A stretch of 49,536 nt of DNA, counting the filler, from Jimgerdemannia flammicorona (lineage: Eukaryota), in assembly GCA_003990765.1 (NCBI GenBank). It is 2 parts of 2 records of this genome, joined end to end, with 100 filler letters (N's around TTAATTAATTAA, not from the genome) between each part and the next. Parts side by side here need not be neighbours in the genome. Positions count along the whole stretch, not along the records: positions 24,823 to 49,536 come from RBNJ01000937.1; 1 more part is not named here. One strand, given 5' to 3'. Below, in pieces: positions 24,823 to 36,500 of the stretch. The translations under genes were made by a program, and so were the position numbers. The notes under the pieces were generated by a model. That model was not told where the DNA came from. It ran no database searches and saw nothing but the letters and a program-made list of their open reading frames with translations. Each line of letters starts with the position of its first letter. The stretch's first letter is position 1.

Positions 24823-26852
24823 TTTTAAAATAAATCTTCCATCATCCGAAACAGTTGCTTCAGCCGACTGAAGAAAAAAAGGATGCATACTACAGCAAAC
24901 TCCAGCGCGCGCTGGATCATTACAAATGTTGAGTTCCAACATGTACAGATGTCCAATATAAGCTCTTTCGGGGCTAAACTGATTGCCCTACACTGCACAG
25001 CGAATTTGTCTCGTTATTGTGGGGACGATCGGACTGACACAACCAGTTTGCGCAGCTTGGAAATTATACTCAGGGCCCCTCCTCTCTCGGATATTTTGTC
25101 TATGTGCGTAAGATAGTCCTGAACAGCGAGGTTCAGTACGTGGGCCTGGCATCGCATATGGCAGCTTTCTGCACTGAAGGCCACATTTTCCTGTTTGAGG
25201 CTGGCCGCTAAACCTTAGAAAAATGTTGAGTTGTTTGTGGCATTGTCTGTTGTAATGGCCAAAATCTGTACTTGAAATATTTGGTTGACAAGTTTATGTG
25301 AAAATAAGTAACCAATAAAATCTGGTTTGGTTTAGGACCTCCCTCAAAACGCTGACCTGACGGCAAGCTCCCCTTTTTTACCTTAGTAGTGATCCCAAAC
25401 TCCTGGATATAACTAATAAAAGCATCTGCGATATTGTCTCCAGAATGAGGGCCAGCAAGTTTGACGAAGTCAAGGGTGAGAGATTTAAGCTACCAATTGA
25501 GGTCAATCCAATGACCGGTAATGCCCAGAAATGAAATTGCATTGGGGGATATCCATGTGTCAATCGTAAACGAAATTTTGCCTGCCGAATTCTGCTTATT
25601 GAATGTGAGGTTAAATTGGTGAGCTCTTTTGTATAATTCAGCTTGCAAAGGTCATGGTGCTGCCCTTATTTTACCTGAAGTATCTGGCAGAGATTGTCGT
25701 ACTCCTTCCTATAGGCCTCCAGGACATCTTTGCAAATAGTAACGGCACTTGGCAAATATAAATCATGCTTGAGGAGGCCAAAGATGCTATGCAATTGATC
25801 ACTCTCGATGGTTGTGAATGGCTGGTCTGTGCACATAATCTAGCAAATGAGCCGATTTCGAAATTCTGCCAAAGAGTATGGCTAAAATTTTTGATTAAAT
25901 GGCGTTGTTGGTACAGAAATGGTCAGGCAAATCAGATAAACGTACCCACCACAGCTTGGATGTCGATTTTATTTGTCTCCATATTCTTTTTGATTTTGTC
26001 AGAGTGCTTGTCTTTTATGTGTCGATTCATATTCGAAGTCATACTCCCAAGCATTTTGAACTTCTGGCTGGTGCAGTTCCTGGGGGTGGATGAAACAATA
26101 TCATGTGTGTGTCAAACAATATCATGTGTATATCAAACAAAGTGTCAATAGGTGCGTCTTAATTTTTTACCTGCAATAATTACAAACAACATCATCTCCT
26201 ATCTTAGTACAATGTTGCCAGATTTCGGAGTGAGGATTGCATGGAAGGTGTGGAACTATCAGGGATGTTTGACTTGAAGCATCATCGGTACTGTGAACTG
26301 TTGAAGACTGATCTGTCGACATGTGTATTTGCATGTTTGCGTATGCATGTGTATGCGTGTGTGTGTATGCATGTGTGTGTGTTGTGTTGTGGACGCATCC
26401 GGCATGTGAGTCATGTGGAGGATTTGGATTGGAGGATTCGGTTGAAGGATTTGGATGAGGATTCGGATTGAAGGATTCGAATTGGAGGATTCAAATTGGA
26501 GGATTCGAATTGGAGGATTCGAATTGAGTGATTCGGATTGAGTGATTCAGATTGAGTAATTCGGATTGAGTAATTTGGATTGAGTGGTTCGGATTGGAGT
26601 GGTTCAGATGGGTGATTCGGATGGGTGATTCGGATGGGGCAATTTGGATGGGGCGATTCGGATTGAGTGATTCGGATTGAGTGATTCGGATTGGGGTAGT
26701 TCGGATGGGTGATTCGGATGGGGCAATTCGGATGGGGTAATTCGGATTAAATCCGAGTTGATCCGGATGGCTTCGGATTTGAGATTCGAATCAAACCGTC
26801 ATGTGATGAATCGAATCCGGATTTGATTCGAATTGACTCGTTCGGAGCACTA
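24823..26852 (-). mobile_element. hAT (Ac-like) DNA transposon, 5' part, copy 2 (less decayed), with intron-containing transposase pseudogene
   Basis: Minus-strand exons give a BED-like segment (TSNMNRHIKDKH), DQPFTTIES, FTIDTWISPN, ILAITTDNATNN, RCQAHVLNLAVQ and CWNSTFVMIQRAL, separated by GT..AG introns. Terminus TAGTGCTCCGAACGAG at 26852; inserted in the RNase H of Gypsy C. Confidence 0.92.
26420..26840. repeat. hAT subterminal tandem array, ~14-bp unit GATTCGGATTGAGT / GATTCGGATGGG
   Basis: More than 20 direct units adjacent to the transposon terminus. Confidence 0.92.
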
Positions 26853-29083
26853 CTCTGATCAAATGGTGACCATACCTAGAAGGAGCACACTTCACTATAT
26901 TGACTGACCACAAGTCATTAGTCAACATCAAGACACAGGCTACCCTTTCCCGAAAGCAAGCCAGATGGATGAAAGTCCTCACCAACTTTGACTACGAAAT
27001 CCAGTACTGCCCTGGTAAGGAAAATATTGTTGCTGATGCAATCTTCAGACCCCCAATTGAAGAAGTTATTCAAACTCTGACCTTGGTCACCAACAGTATC
27101 ATGGAACAAATCATCACAGCATGTGTCGATGATAAAGAAGCTCAAGTACTTCGAGAAATCCTGAACAGTGATGATGCTGACAAGTATACCCGGTACAACC
27201 AATACCAACTCAAGAACAATGCTATCTACTACAAGGACAGACTGTATGTTCCAAATAACCGAGACCTCCAAAGGACTATCCTATTTGAATGTCATGATGC
27301 ATCTATAGCTGGACATTTAGAATTTGATAAATGTTATAAAGTTATCTCCTGAAACTTCTATTGGCCCCACATGGCAGATCAGCTCAAAATCTACATTACT
27401 TCCTGTGATACCTGCCAATGAAACAAGTCCTCAACACTAGCAAAACCCAGCTTACTCCACCCTATCCCAGTATTATCTGCAAATTGAGAACAAATCTCTA
27501 TGGACTTTATTGTACAACTACCCCAAACCAAGAATGGAAAAAATGCAATTGTTGTCTTTATGGACTACCTCAGCAAATAAGCCCACTTTGTGCCTACTAC
27601 ATACTACTACTGCAACAGCACCAGACATAGCCACACTCTTGTTTGACAACATCTTCTGCTATCATGGTCTCCCTAAGATCATTGTTAGTGACCAGGATCC
27701 AAAATTCACTAGCCATTTTTGGAAAGCCCTCCATGCACACCTTGGAACAAAACTTGCACTATCCACAGCCTTTTACCCAGAAACTGATGGCCAAACTGAA
27801 AGAATGAACCGAACTCTGGAACAAATACTAAGAAACTATATTTCCTACAGATAAGATGACTGATACATATGAACACCTCACTGTAGTCGAGTTTGCCTAT
27901 AATAATAGCAAGCAAGCCTCTCTCGGAATGACCCCATTCTTTGCCAACACTGGACAAAACCCAAACACCCCTTTGACACTTATCCGAACCACTGAAGAAC
28001 CCTCTACAGTTAAAGCTGTTGAAGAATTCTTACTCTGAATGTATAATTTAAGCCAGATTGCCATCAAGAATTTATTGCGAGCTCAAGAACAACAATCACA
28101 GTATGTTAACCAATACCGCCAAGAAGAAACTTTTGATATTGGAGAAAAAGTCCTACTAGACATCAGAGGATACCGAGTTGACAACCTCAAGCACAGATCA
28201 TCTACAAAGCTAAACAGCAAGTTCATTGGACCATTTGAAGTCATTGCATAAGTCTCCCCAACCTCCTACAAACTAGTGCTACCAGATACCATTAAGATTC
28301 ACTCAGTCTTTAATGTCTAACGTCTCAAGCAATACAATGACAATGATGACAAGCTATTTCCAAACCAGACTACCAAACCACCTGCACCTGTCATTATTAA
28401 TGACCAAGAAGAGTATGAAGTTGAACAAATCCTCAACAAATGTGGCAACAAGAACCATCCTGAGTACCTTGTCAAATGGAAAGATTACTCGATCCATGAT
28501 GCAATCTGGGAACCCAAGACCAATCTTCAGAATGCTACCAACCTAGTTCAGGAATATGATTCCTTGAACAACTAGAACCAAATACTCTGCACCTATCTAT
28601 ACATACTATATATTACCCTCCTGAACATTATAACTATCATGAACCAAATCAAGAACTCAGCAAAACAAGACAAGAATACCGACTCTCTGGAAAAATAGCA
28701 AAACTGAAAGCAAGCCTATTCTCTCTGTACCACTGGTGGGAAATAAGGCATAGATATTTAAGAAGATTCCTTAGAGGAAATTCTCCAGCAGTAAATGACG
28801 TCAGAATCACTTCTAACACATGGCATTGAACATATGACCCTTTAACATGTAAATCCAATGCGTTAGGCAACTATACTACAAGCATGCTACTTTCTGAGAA
28901 AAATGGACTTTACTGAACTTTTAATCTTCCAAATGGTATAACAATACTAGAACAAAATTAGAAGGCTCTGATGAGGATGTCGAAAGCTAAGAAGGGGAGA
29001 GTTGTAAGCACACAACCTCCAAGCCACTGAAATTACATGTGATCTCTGAACAAATCTGAAAATCACCTGCTTGATTACAAAGC

Positions 29084-29189
29084 TGAGTCAAACCGAAGTC
29101 ACAGTACACAAAGCTGAGTCAATATGAAGTCACGGAATACAAGATTTACACAAATAGAATCTTACCAATCAGGACTAAATGCATATATA
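29084..29189 (+). promoter_or_regulatory. LTR promoter: two TGAGTCA (Gcn4/AP-1-type) sites, CCAAT, TATATA
   Basis: TGAGTCA at 29084 and 29115 within a ~31-bp direct repeat; CCAAT at 29165; TATATA at 29184. Confidence 0.55.
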
Positions 29190-29258
29190 CCGAGCACCGA
29201 GATGCGTCGAATCAGAGAACCAAAATAAACAACAACTACAACTTCCAAACACACAAAT

Positions 29259-30023
29259 ATGACCACTAAGATCTACAACCGTATCCATGCTGATATTTGG
29301 AATGCCATTGTCAACCGAGCCACACCCCCTCTGCCCCTTATGAATATCCATAGTCTAGCACCCCTCTACTTTGTGGAAGCCCGATGGAATGCTCTGAACA
29401 TGCTTAGTGAGGCCCACCGAATCGGACAAATCTCAAGCTACTATCAGATCGGCCGCCTCCTGGAAGACATGGTTGAACACTACCATAATACAAACATTAC
29501 CCAGATGTCTCAACACTAGAAGCTCATTGCCCGCAAATATTGAGAACTCTTCTATAAGTATAGCATCATTATTCCCTGCCTCCGAGTTACCACCAGTGAA
29601 ATGGTTACTATCCTATCCTATGGCCAAATTGACGATATGATACAAGAACTCAACCACAAGTACCTTGAGTATGTTGAAACTATAGACAGAACCTTCCTAC
29701 ACTCCAATGATCACATCTTGCAAATGCTCCAAGTTGGATATGCCATGAAGAATATCTACAATATAATCCACTTCAATGAAGATGAAGTAGAAGATAATGA
29801 TCCCTCTGATACTGACATGACCTCTAGCCAAGGATCTCTGCCAACCCTGATCACTCTGCCAACCTTGCCAATGAACTTACAACAGTTCATAACAGCATAT
29901 GAGACTTATTGGGACAATGACCACTGGTACAAATACCAACCTGCATTCACCCCTGATTACTTCAACTACAATGAAGAGACTGGAGAACACAACCTGTACC
30001 TCCAGACAATCCTCGAGACTTGA
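29259..30023 (+). pseudogene. Accessory ORF (ORF-X family, 254 codons) inside the LTR of Gypsy C
   Basis: ORFs 29259..29519 and 29601..30023 share one frame, broken only by TAG 29517 and TGA 29541 (each one C->T from CAG or CGA). AATAAA near 30105. Confidence 0.75.
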
Positions 30024-30468
30024 ACACACAAGAACAATTCTGAATACTTCTCCACAATATCTCTTTACACAACTACTCTTAGTATAGCAATATCATGAAT
30101 AGCAAATAAACCTATTCAATAACCCACAAACCACTCTTAAGTAAACCCACTCCCTGTTAGGTCCCACTCCTAACCCTGTCATGAAATTTCCTAATTGGGT
30201 ATTGTCTGCAGCGATACACCAGTTCAACTAAGCTGGTCTTAGTTTCTTGAACTTCCTGAAATATGAAAAATCCAGAATATCCAGAACTAGTCCGAAAAAG
30301 GACTTTGGTTGAGACGTCAACCCAATCTTGAAATCAATAAGCATAGAGGATGTACTCCATATGAAATTGATCTTGACCATAAGAAAACGGTCTTCCAGAA
30401 TATCCAGAACCTCCAGAAAACCCTTCCAGAACTATGTAATGGTTACCCTAAAAAGCAACCCTCTTACA

Positions 30469-32492
30469 GGAATAGCGAGGGTTCATCAGTGGTCAGTTGA
30501 TTTGAGATGGGACAGCCTGGGTTCATGGTGTGATTGAAGGTGCCCAGGTGACAGGAGTGGATGGCAGATTGGTATTTCTGGACCAAGAGAAGGCCTATGA
30601 TAGAGTGCAGAGGATATGGCTGGAGAGTGTACTGAAATGGATTGGTATCTCCCTGGGGTTCCGAGGATCATTGATCAGTCTCTTAGAGGACAGTTAGGTG
30701 GCATTGGTCATTAATGGCCACAGGGGGGTGACCTTTCTCCTGGGCCATAGGGTACCGCAAGGGGATCCCTTGTCACCCATATTGTATGTCCTTTCCCTGG
30801 AGCCACTGCTGGATAGAATTCGGCATCAGATTGGCAGTTTGGACATTTTAGAGGTTAACTGGAAGGTGGGGGCCTTTGCTGATAATATGGTGGTCAGGCT
30901 GGGCTTCTTGGTAGATGTGGGTGAGCTACAGCGGACTGTGGAATAATATGAGAGGAGTTCTGGCACTAAGCTAAACTGGCACAAGTGTGAGACACTGGTG
31001 CTGGATGCTGGAATTGTTAGTGGTGATATCATTGGGTCAGTGGTATCAGCTGGTGCACCAGTTCGTTACTTAGAGATATACTTCTCGATGTTCGGCTCTC
31101 TTCTTCCCCAGGCATGGTGAGACTGTAAACTTCTAGAGTGGGATAACATTTTGCTGCATTAGGGAGGCTGACATATGTCACTAGCTGGAAGGGTAATGGT
31201 GTTGAATATATACTAGATGCCAAAGCTATGGTATGTTGGGTATTATTTGGATTTCCTAACCTGAGTGGTGAAGGGGCTGTTGAAGATGATGAGGTCATGG
31301 ATTTGGGGAGGGTGGCAAAGCCAGGTTGGTTGGGAGGTGCTCACACTGCTCTTGGAGAGAGGTGGGCTGGGCTTAGTGGACTTTACTAAGTGGCTTCTTT
31401 GTCTGAGAGCCTGGTGGCTGTGAAGGATAAGCAAGCTTAGGGATTAGGAGTAGGTGCCACTTATGTAGCGATTGTGAGAGGTTCAGTACTCCCCATGTGG
31501 TGGCTCTAGTGACCTGCTTACGATAGTGACCATGGAGGAGAGCAAGAGGATATAGTTTATAGGCTTCTAGTGGAGGGTAGTGGATGGTACTAAGAAAATT
31601 GGGCTTCGGTGGCAAGGTGATGAAGCTGAGGAGATTTGGGGCCCACGGATGTGGTGGTGGGACAGACTTCTTCTGGGTGGCATTCTGGTGGAGTACTTTT
31701 AGCTTGGTGAGGGTCTGGAGTGTCTGTGAGGCCTAGGTGGAGACCTTTGACTGGAAGCCTAGCAGAGGGTTGGAATTGGTGAGGAGTGGGATTGGAATGG
31801 CCTCTGGCTTTGGAGTACCCAGGTGAGGCAGTGGCTGCCCCCCAAGTTCTGGGTGGTGTGGTGGTGGGTCCTATGGCAGAATGTGATATTGAACTATCAG
31901 TCGGGATACTTGGTAGATGGTGGGGTATTCAAGTACAAGAATTGTTTCAATATTGGTCAGGAGGGAGGAGTAGTCTAAATGTCTGAACATTGACTTGGTG
32001 AGTATGAGGTTTTGGAGGAGTTCTGGAGATATATTATAGACTGAGTGGGGCTGGGTATCTTGGTGGGAGAGGGAGGGGGGAGATGGGGAGAGCTCCGCCA
32101 GTGGCTGGTGGGTGGGGTCAGGGACGAATGGCTGACCCTTGGTTGGGCTTTGACTATGTGGGTTGGGTTGACCAGGCACTGGGTTCATATCTTTGATGAG
32201 GGGTGTCAGATCAGGGTTGGTGACAAGGTGGCCCATTGGGAATGGTTGCTATTGGACATTTTGAATAGCTGGTGGTAAGGCTGAGGAATGGGTGGGAGGT
32301 ACTGTAGAGGTCTGATGCAATATATATCCTGGAAGAGTAGTGGGAGAATTCAGGTAGTCAGTAATTGGGTAATACTTAGGCAGGGAGAGATTGAAGGGGG
32401 GAAGTTAGGTCCCCGGGGTATTGGTTGAGGGTGGGGATGATGTTGTATTGTTAACACTATAGACATCAGTAATAAAGAGCAGTCCAAGAGAC

Positions 32493-32556
<64 letters not shown>
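30469..32556 (+). mobile_element. L1/Tx1-clade LINE copy 3 (diverged subfamily), 3' half with poly(A) tail
   Basis: DQEKAYDRV, VPQGDPLSPILY and AFADN RT motifs; AATAAA at 32471; A61 tract at 32496-32556. Confidence 0.9.
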
Positions 32557-32557
<1 letters not shown>

Positions 32558-32651
32558 AATCAATAATGTCATTGAACAGCATCCTGGCCACGAGAACAGA
32601 AAAACACGGGCAGAGAAATGCAATAACTGATCTACAAGGCAAATGGATAAG

Positions 32652-32755
32652 ACGCGTCGAATACGTGTTTTGTGTAAACAAAAACAAATTGATTACGTCA
32701 CACGTTCACTTTGTTGCATATATTAAATGTGTGGCTTGCTATTTATTCAACGCGT
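32652..32755. promoter_or_regulatory. Two MluI cell-cycle boxes (ACGCGT) and a CRE-like TTACGTCA upstream of the TOPBP1 homolog
   Basis: ACGCGT at 32652 and 32750; TTACGTCA at 32693; all within 170 bp of ATG 32817. Confidence 0.55.
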
Positions 32756-32816
32756 GATGCAAGTCACATTTTGCCTTTACCTCGCGTTTATTACGAATGA
32801 ACTCATAGTCTCTTAG

Positions 32817-33511
32817 ATGGACAACAGCGTCACCCAGGACGAGGGCACTCACCCCCTAAAGCACTCCTTGATATGTTGCTCTGGTTTCCCAACAGAGGAA
32901 CGCGTATGTCACAGCATTTCCCCTGTCACTCAAACGAAATCAACTTCGGTATGCTGACGGGTTTTCATCTTCGGTTGTCCTCCCGATTCCTTTGCAAATT
33001 CAAATTTCGCAGGATGTCATCTACCAAAAGGTGAGGGAAATGGGAGGGGACTGGCACCCCAACCTCACGCGGGACGTAACGCACCTGATCGCCAATACCA
33101 TCGACTCTGAGAAATACAAGGTGCGTAAACGGGTTTGCAAGCTTCTATTTCCTGGTGCATCCAACTTTCCTACGCCAAGTTGGCAGCTTCCTCCCTCACG
33201 CTGACACGAAAATGGATGTTCGATAGGTGGCTGTGAGGCTATCAATCCCTGTGATGCGAGCAGAATGGGTCCATGCGATGCATCAACGGTGGCTTGCTGG
33301 TGAGGTCGTAGACCTCCAAAAGGTATGAACAGATTTGCCATTATCCTTTCAGTACATGGTAATCCTGCTACCTCTCTAACTCCTGAACCTTCTAAAATAA
33401 TCCCCTCAGTTCTCTGCCGAATACCTTCTTCCCCCATTTCTCGATATCGTCATTTGCGTCACAGGATTCTCCCCCGGTACCTCCACGTTTACGTTCACCC
33501 ATTCGCCTCAT

Positions 33512-33547
<36 letters not shown>

Positions 33548-36500
33548 GCTCACATATCTTCCTCTGCTTTCCAATTTAGAGCAACGCGAAGACATCCGTC
33601 GCCAGACCGAATCTCTCGGCGGCAATTATCACGCCGACCTGAGTAAAGCTACCACACATCTGATCGCCGACGCACCCAACGGAAAGAAGTATGAGTTCGC
33701 CGTCAAGTGGAGAATCCAAGTCGTGTCACTGAAGTGGTTTTTTGACAGCGTGGAGATGCATGGTGAGTAGTAGGCGGGCGGCCTGATGCGGATAGGGTTA
33801 TTGTGTCATTGCGAGGGAATTTTGAGCTTGCTTTTGGTTCTCTGATAATTCTTGCTCTTAAACTATTTAGCCTGTGCAGACGTGGCATTGTATCCTGTTG
33901 GTGCCAACAGCGCCACAAACGACAAATTGTTACCATCCTCCTCCGCAAAATCTGGTAGGCTCAACATCCAAGTGATATCCATCTTCTACGTCTCCTTTTC
34001 GAATCCACATAATCTTCTCATATCAATCACTGCATGGCTTTTTAGATATCACCACCATCAACTTTCTCCCATCCGCCGACCCCTCTCCACCCCCGCTTCC
34101 ACCCCCAATACGTTCCCACTCCCTTCTCTGCGCAACTTCAAATCTTAGCGACATGTACTTGGATGGATGCACCATTTTTCTGAGCGAAAGCTTCAGCGCG
34201 GAGTGTGTGGCACGATTAAAGAAAATTGTGATTGAGGGAGGGGGAACGAGACGCGCGGCGTATCAGCCGAGAGCAGTGACGCATTTTGTGTGTAGAGACA
34301 GAACGTTGGGCAAGGAGTAAGTATATCGTAATATTGATGGAGATGGCAGGGGAGCTTTCTTAATCACGTGCAAACGAAGAAAAATGTTTGTAGCGCCATT
34401 CTTTCTGCCTTTGGAGCCTCACATATCGTTTTCGCTATCACATGTCGTTCAGCGACCTTACCCTTCTCCGTTCAAGACCTCGCCGCCCCATCATCGTCAA
34501 CCAGTTATGGCTACGCGATTGCCACCGCGACTCCACCCTGCATCCGGTAAACCCGTATCTGGTGCATATGCCCGAGGACCAGATTAACGCGTTAGACCCT
34601 GCGCGCAACGCAGAGACTCCATCAAGAACCAGCATTAGAGTGCGACGGCCTTTCCACCCCGAGACTGTAGACGACGGTTTTCGACCGCTTCCTCCCGCCC
34701 GACCGCAACAACAATCCGCCGCCCCCACCACCACCACGCGGTCGCTCGACCCGCCTGTGGCGCTACGTCGGCCGGTGCGCAGGTCATCGGCCGCGGCTCT
34801 TGCGGCCGTGGGGATTGATTATTTGTTGGATGAGCTTGTGCCAGGACAGGATGCTGGGACAGATGGTGATACAGGTCGGGCGGGTAATGTAGTGCGAATG
34901 GCGAGTGCTCGCGCAGTTTCGTCAGCGTCGCGGACTGAGCCTACGATGCAGAGAACTGCATCGCCGCCACCAGTCAATGGGAATGGTGGTGAGACGTTTT
35001 CCACTACTTTTTAATTTCACTTGAGTTATGAATTTTCAAATTAACGTTTACTCGCATCTATCTCATATCCCATGTCCTATATCTGACCCGAGCAGTCTTG
35101 TTCGCCAACCTGAATTTCACGCAGCATGGGTTCCGTTCCGAGCAGATCGACGTTGTAAGGAACGCGATTGTGTTGCAGGGTGGTACTTTTGTCGAGGAAG
35201 AGGCCATATCTGTTGAACCGAAAGAAGGGTGGTACACGGTCGTACCGTTCAAGTCGTGAGTAGCCTAGAGAGGGCGTGAGTGTGGGTAGAAGGGATTTAT
35301 GCCCAAACGGGATTGGTTATGACGTGAAACATATCCGGCAACTCTTTCTAAAACTGCGCAGCTCCCGTGCGACGGTCCCGCCACGCCACGGCGTACTGGT
35401 GACAGATTGTTGGTTGGAAAAGTGCTTAGAGGTCAGTAGGGTTACCTATTGGTTTGTATTTTGTGTGCTTGTTAGCAATGTTTATCGGTGACAAACTTGT
35501 TCTTGTGCTTATATCTTTTTTCCAGGACGCTCAACTTCATTCGCCATCCTCACATCCCGCTTTCTCCCCATTGGAGATAGTGGTTCCAATACTTGGTTCG
35601 TGTTAGTGATGGGGTTTTCCTTCTACTTTCTTATTTACATTGGTCATTCATTACAGAGAAACTAACGATATCCAATAACCTCACGCAGATTTTGAGCGTT
35701 TGGTGATCGGGATCAGCGGTTTCGAAGGGTTAGAAAGGCAACATATAGGGCGACTGGTGAGGTTGCTTGGTGAGTAGGCGCTTTACTGTTGTGGGCCTGC
35801 CGTCTGCGATTTGCGTAGTCATTGTGGGAAATGATTACCTCTCGTACATTAACATTCTATGGCTCTCATACCGTACTTTTTAATCCTGCATTCTATTTTA
35901 GGTGCCGAATTTAGCGAGCGTTTTAACCGACGACATACCCACTTAATTTGCCGCGGCGACGAGGGGTTAAAGCCCTCCAAGGCGCGTGAATGGGGGATCC
36001 CGATTGTGTCGGATCAGTGGATATTTGCGTGCGCGAAACAGGTGGGTTGGAGTGTGCTGATTTTGAACGGCAGTTTTTTGTATGAAATTTAATGTAGCTT
36101 GCAACAAAACCCTCATGGGCATGGTTAATTGGAATTATTGTGTGCGGATTTGATACGTAGGGGAAGATCGCTGACGTTAAGGTCTATGGATCGGCCGGGA
36201 AGAAAATCGCACAGAATTTGTCCGTCGGTGGTGCGTATTTCATATTTTTATATATTGTGCAGTCTCCAAGCGACCCTTGAAGTGTGCTCGAGATTATAGT
36301 CATATAATCCTATCATCTGGTATACGCCATATACATTTAAACCATGACAACAGCTATTACCACCACAACAACTCGACGCCAAACGCCGTTGCCTTTGCGC
36401 TCTCCCGAACTACCGCTTCATACCGCTCCGGTCTTTTTAACCCCTACCGGATCACGCACTTCCAAGCCGGTCACTAGGATGGGTGTCGAGACGCCGCATC

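Larger units (their letters stand above)
26853..30468 (+). mobile_element. Chromovirus (Ty3/Gypsy C): RNase H C-part, integrase, chromodomain, PPT, 3' LTR with internal ORF
   Basis: TDHKSL...RKQARW; HHCC (HDASIAGHL..C..C); GLPKIIVSDQDPKFTS, YPETDGQTERMN, KFIGPF; chromodomain EYEVEQIL...YLVKWKDY...WEP (28410-28560). PPT AAGAAGGGGAGAG at 28989-29001; LTR TGTAAG(29003)...CTTACA(30468). Confidence 0.93.
29003..30468 (+). repeat. 3' LTR of Gypsy C (~1.47 kb)
   Basis: Follows the PPT; 6-bp inverted termini; LINE sequence resumes right after 30468. Confidence 0.85.

Noticed and set aside
25765..26471. Plus-strand ORFs as host genes
   Set aside because: Antisense to the hAT transposase and its 5' region.
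26420..26840. Regular short-repeat arrays (also 7110-7400) as CRISPR-like or telomeric arrays
   Set aside because: Units are head-to-tail with no unique spacers and abut a hAT terminus, so they are ordinary subterminal transposase-binding repeats.
28968..28990. CTGATGAG-GATGTC-GAAA hammerhead ribozyme-like core before the PPT
   Set aside because: No convincing stems I/III or NUH cleavage site could be paired; it fits a CpG-decayed pre-PPT motif.
5670..30468. Segmental duplication of a LINE-hAT-Gypsy unit
   Set aside because: Only the hAT and LINE sequences are shared. The flanking Gypsy elements, insertion points and LINE orientations differ, so these are independent insertions.
32350..32687. 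Poly-Phe/poly-Lys ORFs (also 33392, 41071, 46851, 48880-49239)
   Set aside because: Translations of homopolymer tracts.
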